NCBI GenBank assembly: GCA_026625185.1
Contig: CP113000.1
Span: 2,622,651-2,654,650 of the forward strand
Direction: 5' to 3'
Source: Thermodesulfobacteriota bacterium
GTDB taxonomy: Bacteria; Desulfobacterota; WTBG01; JAGOGO01
DNA: 32,000 nucleotides
A model generated the notes under the pieces. It saw nothing but the letters and a program-made list of their open reading frames with translations. It searched no databases and was not told the DNA's origin. The position numbers were made by a program, and so were the translations under genes. Each line of letters begins with the position of its first letter. The first letter of the stretch is position 1. Positions 1 to 8,565 of the stretch are shown piece by piece.

Positions 1-878
1 TTGAGCGCTGACTGGTAGGGGTCGGGGAAGGAGGTAAAAATCTGGCCGTTGCCGTACAAACTGTATTGGTCGAGCCTTTTAGCGATCACTATGTTCTGGT
101 ACGGTGAATTGGTTGAGTGCACGAAATCAATCTGCGGGCTGATACTCTCCCAGCGTTGCCGGACGGTATGATGTTCTAACCGGTCCCAGCAATGAAAATA
201 ACTCAATCCCGAAACAGCTGAAAATAAGATTCCCCAGAAAACAAACAAAAGGAATCGGGAAAAATTTTCTCGTATTTTCTGCGTGAGAAAAAAAGCGTTG
301 AAAAGAATTGCGGCTGTAAAAAAAGCAATGATCAGAAAGGGGGAGTAATGAAGGAGGAGATAAAATGTTAAGACAGCTCCACTGAGCATACTTCCGAGCG
401 ATTCGTAAACATAAACCGCGCCAATTCGTTGGGCAGTGGTTTTTGCGTGATTGGTATAGATGCTTATGGCAAAAGGGAAGATAAACCCGATTAAAAAACA
501 AAACGGAAAGAGCAGAGGGAAAATAGAGCTTATCATCGGGAAAAATGGTATATATTCCCATGAAGGGATGTGGAGAAAAAGACGAAGGTTTCGGATGAGG
601 ATTATTTGAATCGCCGGGAGTAAAAGCAGAATGTACTGGATGACGATAAAAAACACCAGGGTTCGCTGAGTATGGGAAACGATTCGGGCGGCTAAAATTG
701 CACCCAAAAAAATTGAGAGGAGCCAGGCGGAAAAGATGATCCCCATACAAAGTTCGTTGCCGAAAAATATAACGAGAAATTCACGTATTAAAAGTACCTG
801 GGTTGCGATAGAATAGGCGCCCAGGAGGAAAAAAGCGAGAAAAAACGGGTTTTGTTTTAAAAACCTAACCGGATTCAT
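1..878 (-). CDS. Spermidine/spermine synthase-like protein with N-terminal multi-TM domain (5' portion; continues past window start)
   Basis: Absent from the ORF track because it is open at the window edge. My translation of the minus strand from ATG (876-878) gives MNPVRFLKQNPFFLAFFLLGAYSIATQVLLIREFLVIFFGNELCMGIIFSAWLL..., a series of hydrophobic helices. The frame is stop-free to position 1 and ends ...STNSPYQNIVIAKRLDQYSLYGNGQIFTSFPDPYQSAL, resembling the SPYQxI...LxLDG start of the spermidine synthase fold. The listed ORF 127..750(-) is a different frame of the same strand and reads as nonsense. Confidence 0.6.
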   Translation of the reverse strand, partial: MNPVRFLKQNPFFLAFFLLGAYSIATQVLLIREFLVIFFGNELCMGIIFSAWLLSIFLGAILAARIVSHTQRTLVFFIVIQYILLLLPAIQIILIRNLRLFLHIPSWEYIPFFPMISSIFPLLFPFCFLIGFIFPFAISIYTNHAKTTAQRIGAVYVYESLGSMLSGAVLTFYLLLHYSPFLIIAFFTAAILFNAFFLTQKIRENFSRFLLFVFWGILFSAVSGLSYFHCWDRLEHHTVRQRWESISPQIDFVHSTNSPYQNIVIAKRLDQYSLYGNGQIFTSFPDPYQSAL

Positions 879-1004
879 AGATCTCCGCCACAGGTTGAGT
901 CTCATGGCCCAACGGAAAAATTGGATTTAGAGTTGTATTCTCGTGCTAATTATGTTAGCAGAATATAAACCTAAAGTTAATTTTATACATTACTGGGGGT
1001 AAAG

Positions 1005-2018
1005 GTGAAAGGCATATTTGTCAGCGCAATTAATAAAAACAGCCATGTTGATGGAATCTTTTTGGTAAAAGAAAAGCATATGGGGATTACCAAAGGAGGG
1101 ATTCCTTATTTAAGCCTTAAATTGATGGACCGGACCGGAGAGATCAACGCTCGGGTTTGGGCAGAAGCGGTTCACTATGACCAGATTTTTGGCAAGGATG
1201 ATTTTATCAATGTCTCCGGCCGCTCATCAGTCTATCAAGGGGGGATGCAGATCGCCATTGGCGATCTCAAAAAATGTCCTGAGGGAGACGTTGATGTGCA
1301 GGACTTCCTGCCGGTTGCTCCTTTTTCCCGGGAAGAGATGTTAGAAGAATTACAATTAATTATGGGTGATATTAAAGATAAGTATTTAAAGAAATTGCTC
1401 CGAATGTTTTTTGCCGAAGAGGAATTTGTCCGGCTTTTTACCACCGCTCCGGCTGCCAAGGCGCTTCACCATGTTTATCTGGGCGGTTTACTGGAGCATT
1501 CTCTCTCGATGGCCCGCTTGGCGCGAATGGTTTCGGATAACTATGACAATGTTAATCGGGATCTTTTATTGACCGGCGCGATCCTCCATGATCTTGGCAA
1601 GATTTATGAACTCTCTTTTCAAAAAACTTTTAATTATTCTGATGAAGGGCGTCTTCTCGGTCACATCACCATCGGGGTAGAAATGATCCAAGAAAGGATC
1701 AATGCTATCCCCGGATTTCCTTCAGAATTACGAATGCTCCTCAAACATATGATTTTAAGCCACCATGGTGAGTATCTATACGGATCTCCCAAGCGTCCGA
1801 AGACTATCGAAGCGCTGATGCTCTATTACCTTGATGATTTGGATGCTAAGGTTAACGGCTTCCAACAGGTTATGGGCAAAGGCAATGATGATCAGTCGAA
1901 CTGGAGCGAGTTTCACAAGTTGTTTGAACGTTTTCTTTTTAAAAAGACGTACACGTCAATTGAATCTCCGGAGGAAATCATCCCGGATAATGAAAGCGAG
2001 GATAATCAAGAGAGTTAA
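1005..2018 (+). CDS. yhaM: 3'-5' exoribonuclease, YhaM family (OB-fold + HD domain)
   Basis: GTG start. The N-terminal OB-fold segment (GIPYLSLKLMDRTGEINARVW) is followed by HD-domain motifs (HHVYLGGLLEHSL, ILHDLGK, LSHHG, YYLDDLDAK). It appears colinear with Bacillus YhaM from memory. Confidence 0.8.
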   Translation: MKGIFVSAINKNSHVDGIFLVKEKHMGITKGGIPYLSLKLMDRTGEINARVWAEAVHYDQIFGKDDFINVSGRSSVYQGGMQIAIGDLKKCPEGDVDVQDFLPVAPFSREEMLEELQLIMGDIKDKYLKKLLRMFFAEEEFVRLFTTAPAAKALHHVYLGGLLEHSLSMARLARMVSDNYDNVNRDLLLTGAILHDLGKIYELSFQKTFNYSDEGRLLGHITIGVEMIQERINAIPGFPSELRMLLKHMILSHHGEYLYGSPKRPKTIEALMLYYLDDLDAKVNGFQQVMGKGNDDQSNWSEFHKLFERFLFKKTYTSIESPEEIIPDNESEDNQES

Positions 2019-2023
2019 CCGCC

Positions 2024-2887
2024 ATGGTTTGGTTTCTCTATGCCTTGCTTGCCGCTTTTTGCCTCTCAACCACTGATGCCTTATGTAAAAAAGCCTTAAA
2101 GGAAACGGATGAACGGGTTGTCGCCTGGGTGAGATTCGGGTTTGCCCTGCCGTTTCTTTTCCTCTTTATGCTCCCGGGAGATATACCTCCTTTAGACCGG
2201 ACGTTTTGGAAAACACTGGGCATGCTTGTGCCGTTGGAGGTAACGGCAATTTTGCTCTACGTCAAGGCAATCAAACTTTCTCCCCTTTCCCTGACGATTC
2301 CTTTTTTATCGTTGACCCCGGTATTTTTGATTGTCACGTCATTTCTGATGTTAGGGGAAGTCCCGGATCGATCAGGGTTAACCGGAATTTTTTTGATCAC
2401 CTGCGGCGCATATCTTTTAAACCTCCACCACAACAAGAAAGGAATTTTAGCTCCGCTGCGAAGCATCGTAAAAGAAAAGGGGTCACTGATGATGATCGGT
2501 GTGGCATTTATTTATAGTGTCACCTCAAATTTAGGAAAAATCGCTACTCTCCATTCAAGCCCCCTTTTTTTCGGAATGTTCTACACCCTGGTATTAACTA
2601 TGGTACTCACGCCGTTTGCTTTTTTTCGGGTGATGAAAATCCCTTTTAATTTCAAAACACAGCTAAAAATTTTCTTGCTAATCGGATTTTTTTATGCGTT
2701 AATGACCATAGCTCATTACCAAGCTATCGCGCGGGTTGAAGTGGTCTACATGATTTCCATCAAAAGGATGAGTCTCGTGTTCAGCGTGCTTTACGGGGGC
2801 TTGATTTTTCACGAAAAAAATATCGGTGAACGGTTGCTGGGAAGTCTGGTAATGATCATGGGAGTAATTTTTATTACGGTGCTTTGA
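2024..2887 (+). CDS. EamA/DMT-family transporter (about 10 TM segments)
   Basis: 287 aa, hydrophobic throughout, with two-fold internal repeat architecture typical of EamA domains. Starts 6 nt after the yhaM stop. Confidence 0.7.
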   Translation: MVWFLYALLAAFCLSTTDALCKKALKETDERVVAWVRFGFALPFLFLFMLPGDIPPLDRTFWKTLGMLVPLEVTAILLYVKAIKLSPLSLTIPFLSLTPVFLIVTSFLMLGEVPDRSGLTGIFLITCGAYLLNLHHNKKGILAPLRSIVKEKGSLMMIGVAFIYSVTSNLGKIATLHSSPLFFGMFYTLVLTMVLTPFAFFRVMKIPFNFKTQLKIFLLIGFFYALMTIAHYQAIARVEVVYMISIKRMSLVFSVLYGGLIFHEKNIGERLLGSLVMIMGVIFITVL

Positions 2888-2913
2888 AGAATGTTTATTG
2901 AGGAGGAAAAGGG

Positions 2914-3555
2914 ATGTATATCAGACAATATCAGATCAATAATTTCGCAGTATTTTCTTATTTAGTCGGTTGTAAAAAAACTAAGGAAGCGGTGGTTATT
3001 GATCCAGCCGGCGACGTGGAAATAATTTTACAAGACGCGGCGAAAGATAATTTTCGGATCACAAAGATAATCAACACCCATGGACACATTGACCATATCA
3101 TGGGTAATGCGGATCTTAAGAAAAAGACGAACGCGGCAATTATCATTCATGAAGCTGACGCTCACTTCCTGTCAGCGGATTTTTTTTCTAACCTGATGAT
3201 GTTTGATGCCCAGCCGTCGCCTTCTCCTGATGTTCTGGTAAAAGATGGCGATACTATCAGTTTCGGTGAAGAGGAACTCCGGGTTATCCATACCCCCGGA
3301 CATTCTCAGGGCAGTATGTGTCTTTATGCTGAGGGTTATATTTTTACGGGGGATACGCTTTTTGTGGAAGGGGTGGGAAGAACTGATTTTCCCGGGAGCT
3401 CATGGGCCAAGCTTTTACATTCGATTACCAAAAAACTTTTTTCTCTTCCTGACGAGACCGTGGTTTTTCCCGGCCATAATTATGGATTTCGGCCCACGTC
3501 AACCATTGGGGATGAAAAAAGGAATAATCCTTTTGTGAAAGGTGAGGATTTTTAA
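2914..3555 (+). CDS. MBL-fold metallo-hydrolase (glyoxalase II-like)
   Basis: Zn-binding motif THGHIDH, later HTPGHS, GDTLF and a C-terminal PGH. GAGGAGG Shine-Dalgarno upstream of the ATG. Confidence 0.8.
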   Translation: MYIRQYQINNFAVFSYLVGCKKTKEAVVIDPAGDVEIILQDAAKDNFRITKIINTHGHIDHIMGNADLKKKTNAAIIIHEADAHFLSADFFSNLMMFDAQPSPSPDVLVKDGDTISFGEEELRVIHTPGHSQGSMCLYAEGYIFTGDTLFVEGVGRTDFPGSSWAKLLHSITKKLFSLPDETVVFPGHNYGFRPTSTIGDEKRNNPFVKGEDF

Positions 3556-3751
3556 AACCTGGATATCCCTGATCCCATCCGGTTTAACAATTCATTTTAT
3601 CATTAGGTCCAGCCCTGGAAAATTTCATTTCTGTCCTGTTGGTGAGGGAGTTAGAGGGTGAGAATTATGAGAAGTTTTCTTCAGATCATGGGGGAATGAA
3701 GCATACCAGGTAACGAACTATAATTTTATCGTATAGGAAAGGGATTGAACT

Positions 3752-4957
3752 ATGAGGATGCGAATACCGGTGGTGATTTTTTTGGTGTTTTTTTTTGTTG
3801 GGTTGACTGCTGACGGAACGAGCGGCATATGCCAGGAAAATTTTTCCGTAAATGCCAAATCCGCTGCTCTTTTTGATTTTAATTCCGGTCAGTTTCTTTT
3901 GGAAAAAAATGCGGACGAAAAAATTGAGCCGGCGAGTTTGACAAAAGTGATGACTCTTTACGTAGTGGATGATAAGCTCAAAAGCGGCGCTGTTAAACTT
4001 AATGACATGGTAACTATCAGTGAATACGCCTGGTCGATGGGGGGATCACAGATGTTTATCAAGGTGGGAACCCAAGTGCCTTTGGACGTCCTTTTGAAAG
4101 GAATCGCGGTGGTTTCCGCAAATGATGCCTGTGTTGCGGTGGCCGAGCATATGTCGGGAAAAGTAGAAGTGTTTGTGGATGAAATGAATCGGAAAGCCTT
4201 GAAATTAGGGCTTACGAATACTCATTTTGTAAATGTTCATGGGTTGCCTGGTCCCGGCCAATTCACCACTGCGCGCGATATGGCGGTCCTCGCCTCCAAA
4301 TATATAAGAGATTACCCGGATGTTCTTAAACTTCATTCCCTGCCGGAGTTTACCTATAACAACATCACCCAGCGAAACCGCAATGGCCTTTTAAAAATGA
4401 ATGTGGGCGTGGATGGGCTGAAAACCGGGTATATCGCGACCTCCGGGTATCATCTCCTGGCCACCGCGCAGCGCGAGGGGAGACGGCTGATTGCGGTTGT
4501 CATGGGAGCAGAGAAACCTAAGATAAGAGAAGCCGAATGCCTTAATTTGCTCAACTATGGTTTCCGCAATTTTGTGTTAAAGGAAGTGTTAAAAAAAGGA
4601 GCTACCGTAAAGACCGTGGCCGTCAAAGGAGGTAAGGCTGATACTCTTGAGGTAATCGCTCAGGATGAAGTGATTATGACTCTTCCCGTGCTGGAGAAAG
4701 AAAGTGTCAAAACCAAACAGGTCATCCCCGCGGAGATTGCCGCCCCGATCAAAAAGGGAGCGGTTGTTGGGCAGGTTGCCATCGAGAAGGACGGGAAACA
4801 GATACGGCAGGTAAATCTGGTTGCCAAAAATGATGTTCCTCGCGGATGGCAGCGGTATCTGAAGACAGGAGGAGTGATCCTGGGTATCGCGGTGCTGCTT
4901 TTAATTTTTTTCAGCCTCATCGGAAGAAGAAAACACAAGGATGCGGTGATTCGTTAA
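3752..4957 (+). CDS. D-alanyl-D-alanine carboxypeptidase (peptidase S11, PBP5/6 class)
   Basis: N-terminal signal peptide. Active-site triad motifs SLTK (SxxK), SAND (SxN) and KTG. C-terminal hydrophobic anchor (GVILGIAVLLLIFFSLI). Confidence 0.85.
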   Translation: MRMRIPVVIFLVFFFVGLTADGTSGICQENFSVNAKSAALFDFNSGQFLLEKNADEKIEPASLTKVMTLYVVDDKLKSGAVKLNDMVTISEYAWSMGGSQMFIKVGTQVPLDVLLKGIAVVSANDACVAVAEHMSGKVEVFVDEMNRKALKLGLTNTHFVNVHGLPGPGQFTTARDMAVLASKYIRDYPDVLKLHSLPEFTYNNITQRNRNGLLKMNVGVDGLKTGYIATSGYHLLATAQREGRRLIAVVMGAEKPKIREAECLNLLNYGFRNFVLKEVLKKGATVKTVAVKGGKADTLEVIAQDEVIMTLPVLEKESVKTKQVIPAEIAAPIKKGAVVGQVAIEKDGKQIRQVNLVAKNDVPRGWQRYLKTGGVILGIAVLLLIFFSLIGRRKHKDAVIR

Positions 4958-4988
4958 GTTACGGTGAGGCTGTGGGTGAAAAACACGA

Positions 4989-6035
4989 TCAAAATAGCCC
5001 GTTGGTTTCCTCCCAGCCAAACAGTATGTTCATATTCTGGATGGCCTGGCCGGAAGCTCCCTTGACCATGTTATCAATCACGCTTAACACAATTCCGGTA
5101 TTGGTGCGCGGGTCATAAGTATAGCCAATTTCGCACCAGTTGATTCCCACGACGTTTCTTATCTCTGGGTATTCACCCGGATCAAGAACCCTGACAAAGG
5201 GTTCATTCCGGTAAAAATTTTTAAGCAGCTCAACCCCCTTTTCTGCCATCAGAGGTTTAAAGGGTTTAAGGTAGATATTGGCAAGCATCCCAAAGCGGAA
5301 GGGAGCAACATGGGGGACAAAGGTTATGGTTACCGGTTTTTCCCCCACGGCGCTGAGTTCCTGCTCCATCTCCGGTGTATGCTGATGGCTTCCTATCTTG
5401 TACGGCAAAATATTTTCCATGGTGGAGATGGCCATGTTGCGTTCATTGGGCCGCACACCGGCTCCAGAAGTTCCGGAATAGGCATCAACAATAATGGTGC
5501 GCGGGTCAACTGTGTGATGAAAAAGAAAAGGCGCAACGCCTAAGATCACGGTGGTTGGGTAACACCCGGGGTTGGCGATAAGGCTGGCCTGCTTGATTTT
5601 TTTTCGATAAAGCTCCGGAAGTCCGTAAACCGACTTTTTAAGCAATGCTTTTTCCGGATGTTTAAACCCGTACCACTTTTCATAGTCTTTGGGGTTTTTA
5701 AGCCGAAAGTCCGCACTCAGATCAATGATCTTAAAATTCTTGTTTTTCTTTTTGGCCTGATTAAAGAGCGTGATGGTCCGGACTAAAAACTCCCCGTGCT
5801 GTTTGGCAAGAAAAACCACGTCCGTTTCTTCCAGAATTTCTTTTTCAGCATACTCTTTAAAGACACCGGAAAATTTTCCCTCGAGAAACTTGTAATAGTG
5901 AGCCGCTTTTTCCCCGGTCCTGCTTTCCGACGTAAGGATACGTATCTCGACGTGATGGTGCCGGATAAGAAGCTGAAGCAAGACCTGAGCCGTGAGGCTG
6001 GTGGCGCCGATCACACCAACGCGGATTTTTTCCAT
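4989..6035 (-). CDS. argC: N-acetyl-gamma-glutamyl-phosphate reductase
   Basis: N-terminal Rossmann motif VGVIGATS. Catalytic-Cys motif NPGCYPT. Length 348 aa is typical of ArgC. Confidence 0.85.
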   Translation of the reverse strand: MEKIRVGVIGATSLTAQVLLQLLIRHHHVEIRILTSESRTGEKAAHYYKFLEGKFSGVFKEYAEKEILEETDVVFLAKQHGEFLVRTITLFNQAKKKNKNFKIIDLSADFRLKNPKDYEKWYGFKHPEKALLKKSVYGLPELYRKKIKQASLIANPGCYPTTVILGVAPFLFHHTVDPRTIIVDAYSGTSGAGVRPNERNMAISTMENILPYKIGSHQHTPEMEQELSAVGEKPVTITFVPHVAPFRFGMLANIYLKPFKPLMAEKGVELLKNFYRNEPFVRVLDPGEYPEIRNVVGINWCEIGYTYDPRTNTGIVLSVIDNMVKGASGQAIQNMNILFGWEETNGLF

Positions 6036-6066
6036 GGATTTATTTCTCCTGTTCGTTAAACTTGAC

Positions 6067-6250
6067 GGCTTCGTAAAAAGTCCCGCCTTGCGGCGGGGGA
6101 TAAAGAACTGGAGCGGAACATTCTGCGGCGTTGCGCTGCATCCTCAGTCATTGCGGCGTACAGGTAAGTACGCCTCATTCCGTCGGATTTGCGCGCCTTG
6201 CATCTGAAGCTTTTTACTGTGCCGTCTGATTTTTGACTTTTTACGGCTTC
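6067..6250. mobile_element. MITE-like insertion: 172-bp GC-rich structured core (6073-6244) with perfect 10-bp terminal inverted repeats, flanked by a 6-bp direct repeat
   Basis: Left end is GGCTTC|GTAAAAAGTC (6067-6082). Right end is GACTTTTTAC|GGCTTC (6235-6250). Internal hairpins are CCCGCC-ttgc-GGCGGG (6082-6097) and GGCGTAC-aggtaa-GTACGCC (6155-6174). It lies 1 nt beyond the thrC stop, in the thrC-argC spacer. Confidence 0.4.
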
Positions 6251-6251
6251 A

Positions 6252-7670
6252 TCATACTTTCTTTTTCAATTTCAGGAATGAGGCGATTTCCGAAGCCGAC
6301 GCTTTGAGCTGAAATGGGTTGTTTTGCAGTTCCTTCCGGGGATGTATCTCAAACTCAAGAGGATAGGAGTCTTCAAAATACATCTGCTGGAAGTTCATGA
6401 ACTTTAACTGGTGGGAAGTTGAATCCACCACCACGTCAGCGTTTTCCGGGATGAGTCCTTTTTTGAGGGCGGTTTTAAGTCCCACGATAGACTCTCCTCC
6501 TTGGGTGCACACTACATGTCCGTGCCTGTTTGTCTGAAGCATCCCCTCGATGATCTCCTGTTCAGTTACGGATATTGCCAAGAAATTTTTCTTAAAATAA
6601 TTTTCCACCAAGTGGGAAACCTTGGGAAAGGAAACCGGGTTTCCGATCATGGCCGCCTGAGCAACGCTTGGCTTTACGCTCATCGGAGTAAATACCCCGT
6701 GTTCCTTCCACCGCACAACCGGGTTGGCATGGGTGCTTTGGACGCCGATAATCAATGGAAGACTTTTGATGACCCCGGTCTGAAAGAATTCCAGGAAACC
6801 TTCCATAATCGCGGTTACGTTTCCGGCATTGCCAATGGGGACAACCACCACCAGATTTTGGGTCTTATAATCCATTTGCTGGGCGATCTCAAAAGAAAAC
6901 GATTTTTGTCCCTGGATGCGGATCGGGTTTTTGGAGTTAAGCAGGCAGACTTGATAATTCTCCGCCAGCTCTTCCACTATCTTCATACAGTCATCAAATA
7001 CGCCCGGAATCTCGATGACCGTGGCTCCGCTTCCGAGCGGCTGGGAAAGTTGAGCAGGCGTGACTTTTCCCTGGGGAAGCAGAACCACGGAGCGCACAAT
7101 TTTTTTGTCTAAATAGCTCAGGTAAAGAGCCGCGGCAGCCGAGGTGTCCCCTGTGGAGGCGCAAATCCCGAGAAGTTCTCGGATATTGAATTTCTTGATC
7201 ATGTAGTTGATAAAACTGACGGCGCTTGCCATTCCCCGATCCTTGAAACTTACCGAGGGATTAAGGCCATCATTTTTAACGTAGAATTCCCTGCCGATAA
7301 AATCGCTCAATTCCGGATTTGATTTAACGATCGGGGTATCCCCTTCGCCAAGATAAATGATGTCTTCAAGGGGGATAATCGGAAAAATAAACTCATAAAA
7401 CCTGAATACCCCTTTTAAGGAGGGAATGTTAACCATTTTTCGAAAATCAAAAACTTCCTGCCAGTATTCACCTGGTTTTTCCTTAAGTCGTGAGAAACTT
7501 TTGTTTATTATTCTTAGGAGGCTTTTGCAATGAGGGCAGGTGTATAAGAACTGGTTGATGTCAAAGCTTTTCCCGCAGCCAATGCATTCATAAACCATTT
7601 CTGCTCGATACTCTGGAATCAGATCTTCGGGAGCATCAGGATGGAAATTTGCCGGAACCATAGTAATCAC
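6252..7670 (-). CDS. thrC: Threonine synthase with N-terminal Cys4 zinc-ribbon
   Basis: PLP-lysine motif SFKDRG. A glycine-rich phosphate loop follows. The N-terminal CxxC...CxxC (CIGCGKSF...CPHCKS) is seen in long-form ThrC. The start is GTG at 7670 or ATG at 7661. Confidence 0.8.
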   Translation of the reverse strand: MITMVPANFHPDAPEDLIPEYRAEMVYECIGCGKSFDINQFLYTCPHCKSLLRIINKSFSRLKEKPGEYWQEVFDFRKMVNIPSLKGVFRFYEFIFPIIPLEDIIYLGEGDTPIVKSNPELSDFIGREFYVKNDGLNPSVSFKDRGMASAVSFINYMIKKFNIRELLGICASTGDTSAAAALYLSYLDKKIVRSVVLLPQGKVTPAQLSQPLGSGATVIEIPGVFDDCMKIVEELAENYQVCLLNSKNPIRIQGQKSFSFEIAQQMDYKTQNLVVVVPIGNAGNVTAIMEGFLEFFQTGVIKSLPLIIGVQSTHANPVVRWKEHGVFTPMSVKPSVAQAAMIGNPVSFPKVSHLVENYFKKNFLAISVTEQEIIEGMLQTNRHGHVVCTQGGESIVGLKTALKKGLIPENADVVVDSTSHQLKFMNFQQMYFEDSYPLEFEIHPRKELQNNPFQLKASASEIASFLKLKKKV

Positions 7671-7718
7671 CCATAGTTAGTGTTAATTTTTAGAAATATT
7701 TTTTTGTTTATTCTAAAT

Positions 7719-7757
7719 ATCACATTATTATAAAAAAGGAAAACCAGTCAATGTGAT
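7719..7757 (-). promoter_or_regulatory. Candidate sigma70-type thrC promoter bracketed by an 8-bp inverted repeat
   Basis: On the minus strand: TTGACT (7751-7746), 16-nt spacer, AATAAT (7729-7724), about 50 nt upstream of the thrC start. The inverted repeat ATCACATT (7719-7726) / AATGTGAT (7750-7757) spans it. Confidence 0.25.
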
Positions 7758-8432
7758 TTTTCTTTGCGAAAGAAATGCTTCGATTTAAGCGGATAGCTCA
7801 CATTATCGGGTTTATTGCATTGGAAATTGCAGGGATTGTTTTCGGTTGTTCGTAGGCTAGGTTGGTATTGTTAAGATTTTGGGGCCTTCGATTTTTATTT
7901 TGAAGTTTCCTTTAGTGGGGTTTAATTTTGTTTTTTTTGGCATATTAAGCCAGACAAATTTTAAGAGGACGATTCGATGCATCGATCTCTCTTGAGGCGA
8001 TGCGGTGTGATTTCCACTTGGCATAAGCTTTTTAACATTAAGTTTGGACTGCTGTTTAAAAGGTTTTAATTTTTTCCAGATTGTTCACACCTCGGAAGAA
8101 GGGAAAAACCAGATTTCCTTTATTCCGTTCCCAATTCCGAGTTTTGCGCAACATTTAAAATAGTTAAAGAAAGCGAGCACTTACTCTAACCACGAAAGCA
8201 GAATAGCCCATGAAAATCAAAAATGCCAAACAAGATATCCAAAAATTATTATTCTGCTTCACAGAGGCTTTTTCAAGACCTTCATTCAAAAGACCAAACG
8301 GTTTCCCTGGACGTGATCATTCGAAACTTACCTAGAAACATTATGGGCCCAAAAAAGTGCAGGACTTAAGTTAATATAACTAAGGATTATTTCAGGGTAA
8401 TTGAAGAAGGTAAAAAAATAAAAAAATTTATC

Positions 8433-8462
8433 TTGACAGCGAAAATTTAAATCGAGTATTTT
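8433..8462 (+). promoter_or_regulatory. Candidate sigma70-type promoter of the nuo operon
   Basis: TTGACA (8433-8438), 18-nt spacer, TATTTT (8457-8462), about 115 nt upstream of the nuoA ATG. Confidence 0.35.
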
Positions 8463-8465
8463 AGG

Positions 8466-8496
8466 GACAATTGTCAGGTGAATGATTATTCATTCA
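8466..8496. promoter_or_regulatory. Two adjacent palindromes at the predicted nuo transcription start (candidate operators)
   Basis: GACAATTGTC (8466-8475) is a perfect 10-bp palindrome. TGAATGA-ttat-TCATTCA (8479-8496) is a 7-4-7 palindrome whose half-sites resemble Fur-box half-sites but with 1 nt extra spacing. Confidence 0.25.
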
Positions 8497-8529
8497 TTAA
8501 TGTTATTTATAACTAATTAAATTTTTTTT

Positions 8530-8565
8530 AGGGGAGGGAAATAGATTCCCCTCTTTTTTATTTTA
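8530..8565 (+). terminator. Terminator-like hairpin plus T-run in the nuoA leader (possible attenuator or sRNA 3' end)
   Basis: AGGGGA (8530-8535) pairs with TCCCCT (8547-8552) across an 11-nt loop. It is followed by cTTTTTTaTTTT and preceded by an A/T run. It ends 13 nt before the nuoA ATG. The stem is only 6 bp. Confidence 0.3.

Noticed and set aside
127-750. 207-aa ORF on the minus strand from the track
   Set aside because: The translation is low-complexity and Pro/Ser/Phe-rich with no motif. It is an alternative frame of the real minus-strand membrane protein gene (1..878), whose frame gives coherent TM helices and a spermidine-synthase signature.
5992-6207. 71-aa plus-strand ORF spanning the argC start and the thrC-argC spacer
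   Set aside because: It overlaps argC antisense and otherwise just translates the GC-rich MITE-like repeat. It has no ribosome-binding site and no protein-like features.
6501-7112. 203-aa ORF antisense to thrC. Similar antisense or out-of-frame ORFs occur inside nuo and other genes, for example 9111..9563, 21287..21784, 17951..18253, 12169..12698 and 24815..25102.
   Set aside because: Each lies wholly within a gene that has strong family motifs on the other strand or frame. The translations are Arg/Ser/Pro-rich shadow-ORF artefacts.
7974-7985. Perfect 12-bp palindrome TCGATGCATCGA
   Set aside because: About 8 such palindromes are expected by chance in 32 kb (32000/4^6). It has no positional link to a promoter.
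7990-8040. GGCGATG... resembling the 5' end of a fluoride (crcB) riboswitch
   Set aside because: The remaining conserved elements (a downstream ACCGCC-type pairing segment and the CUAAUGA-like 3' part) are not present, and there is no downstream crcB-like gene.
8210-8335. 41-codon ORF as a transposase N-terminal remnant (feature call)
   Set aside because: The resemblance is limited to an FxxxFSRPSF stretch recalled from memory. No DDE domain, TIRs or continuation in other frames could be found, so it is kept only as a note inside a finding.
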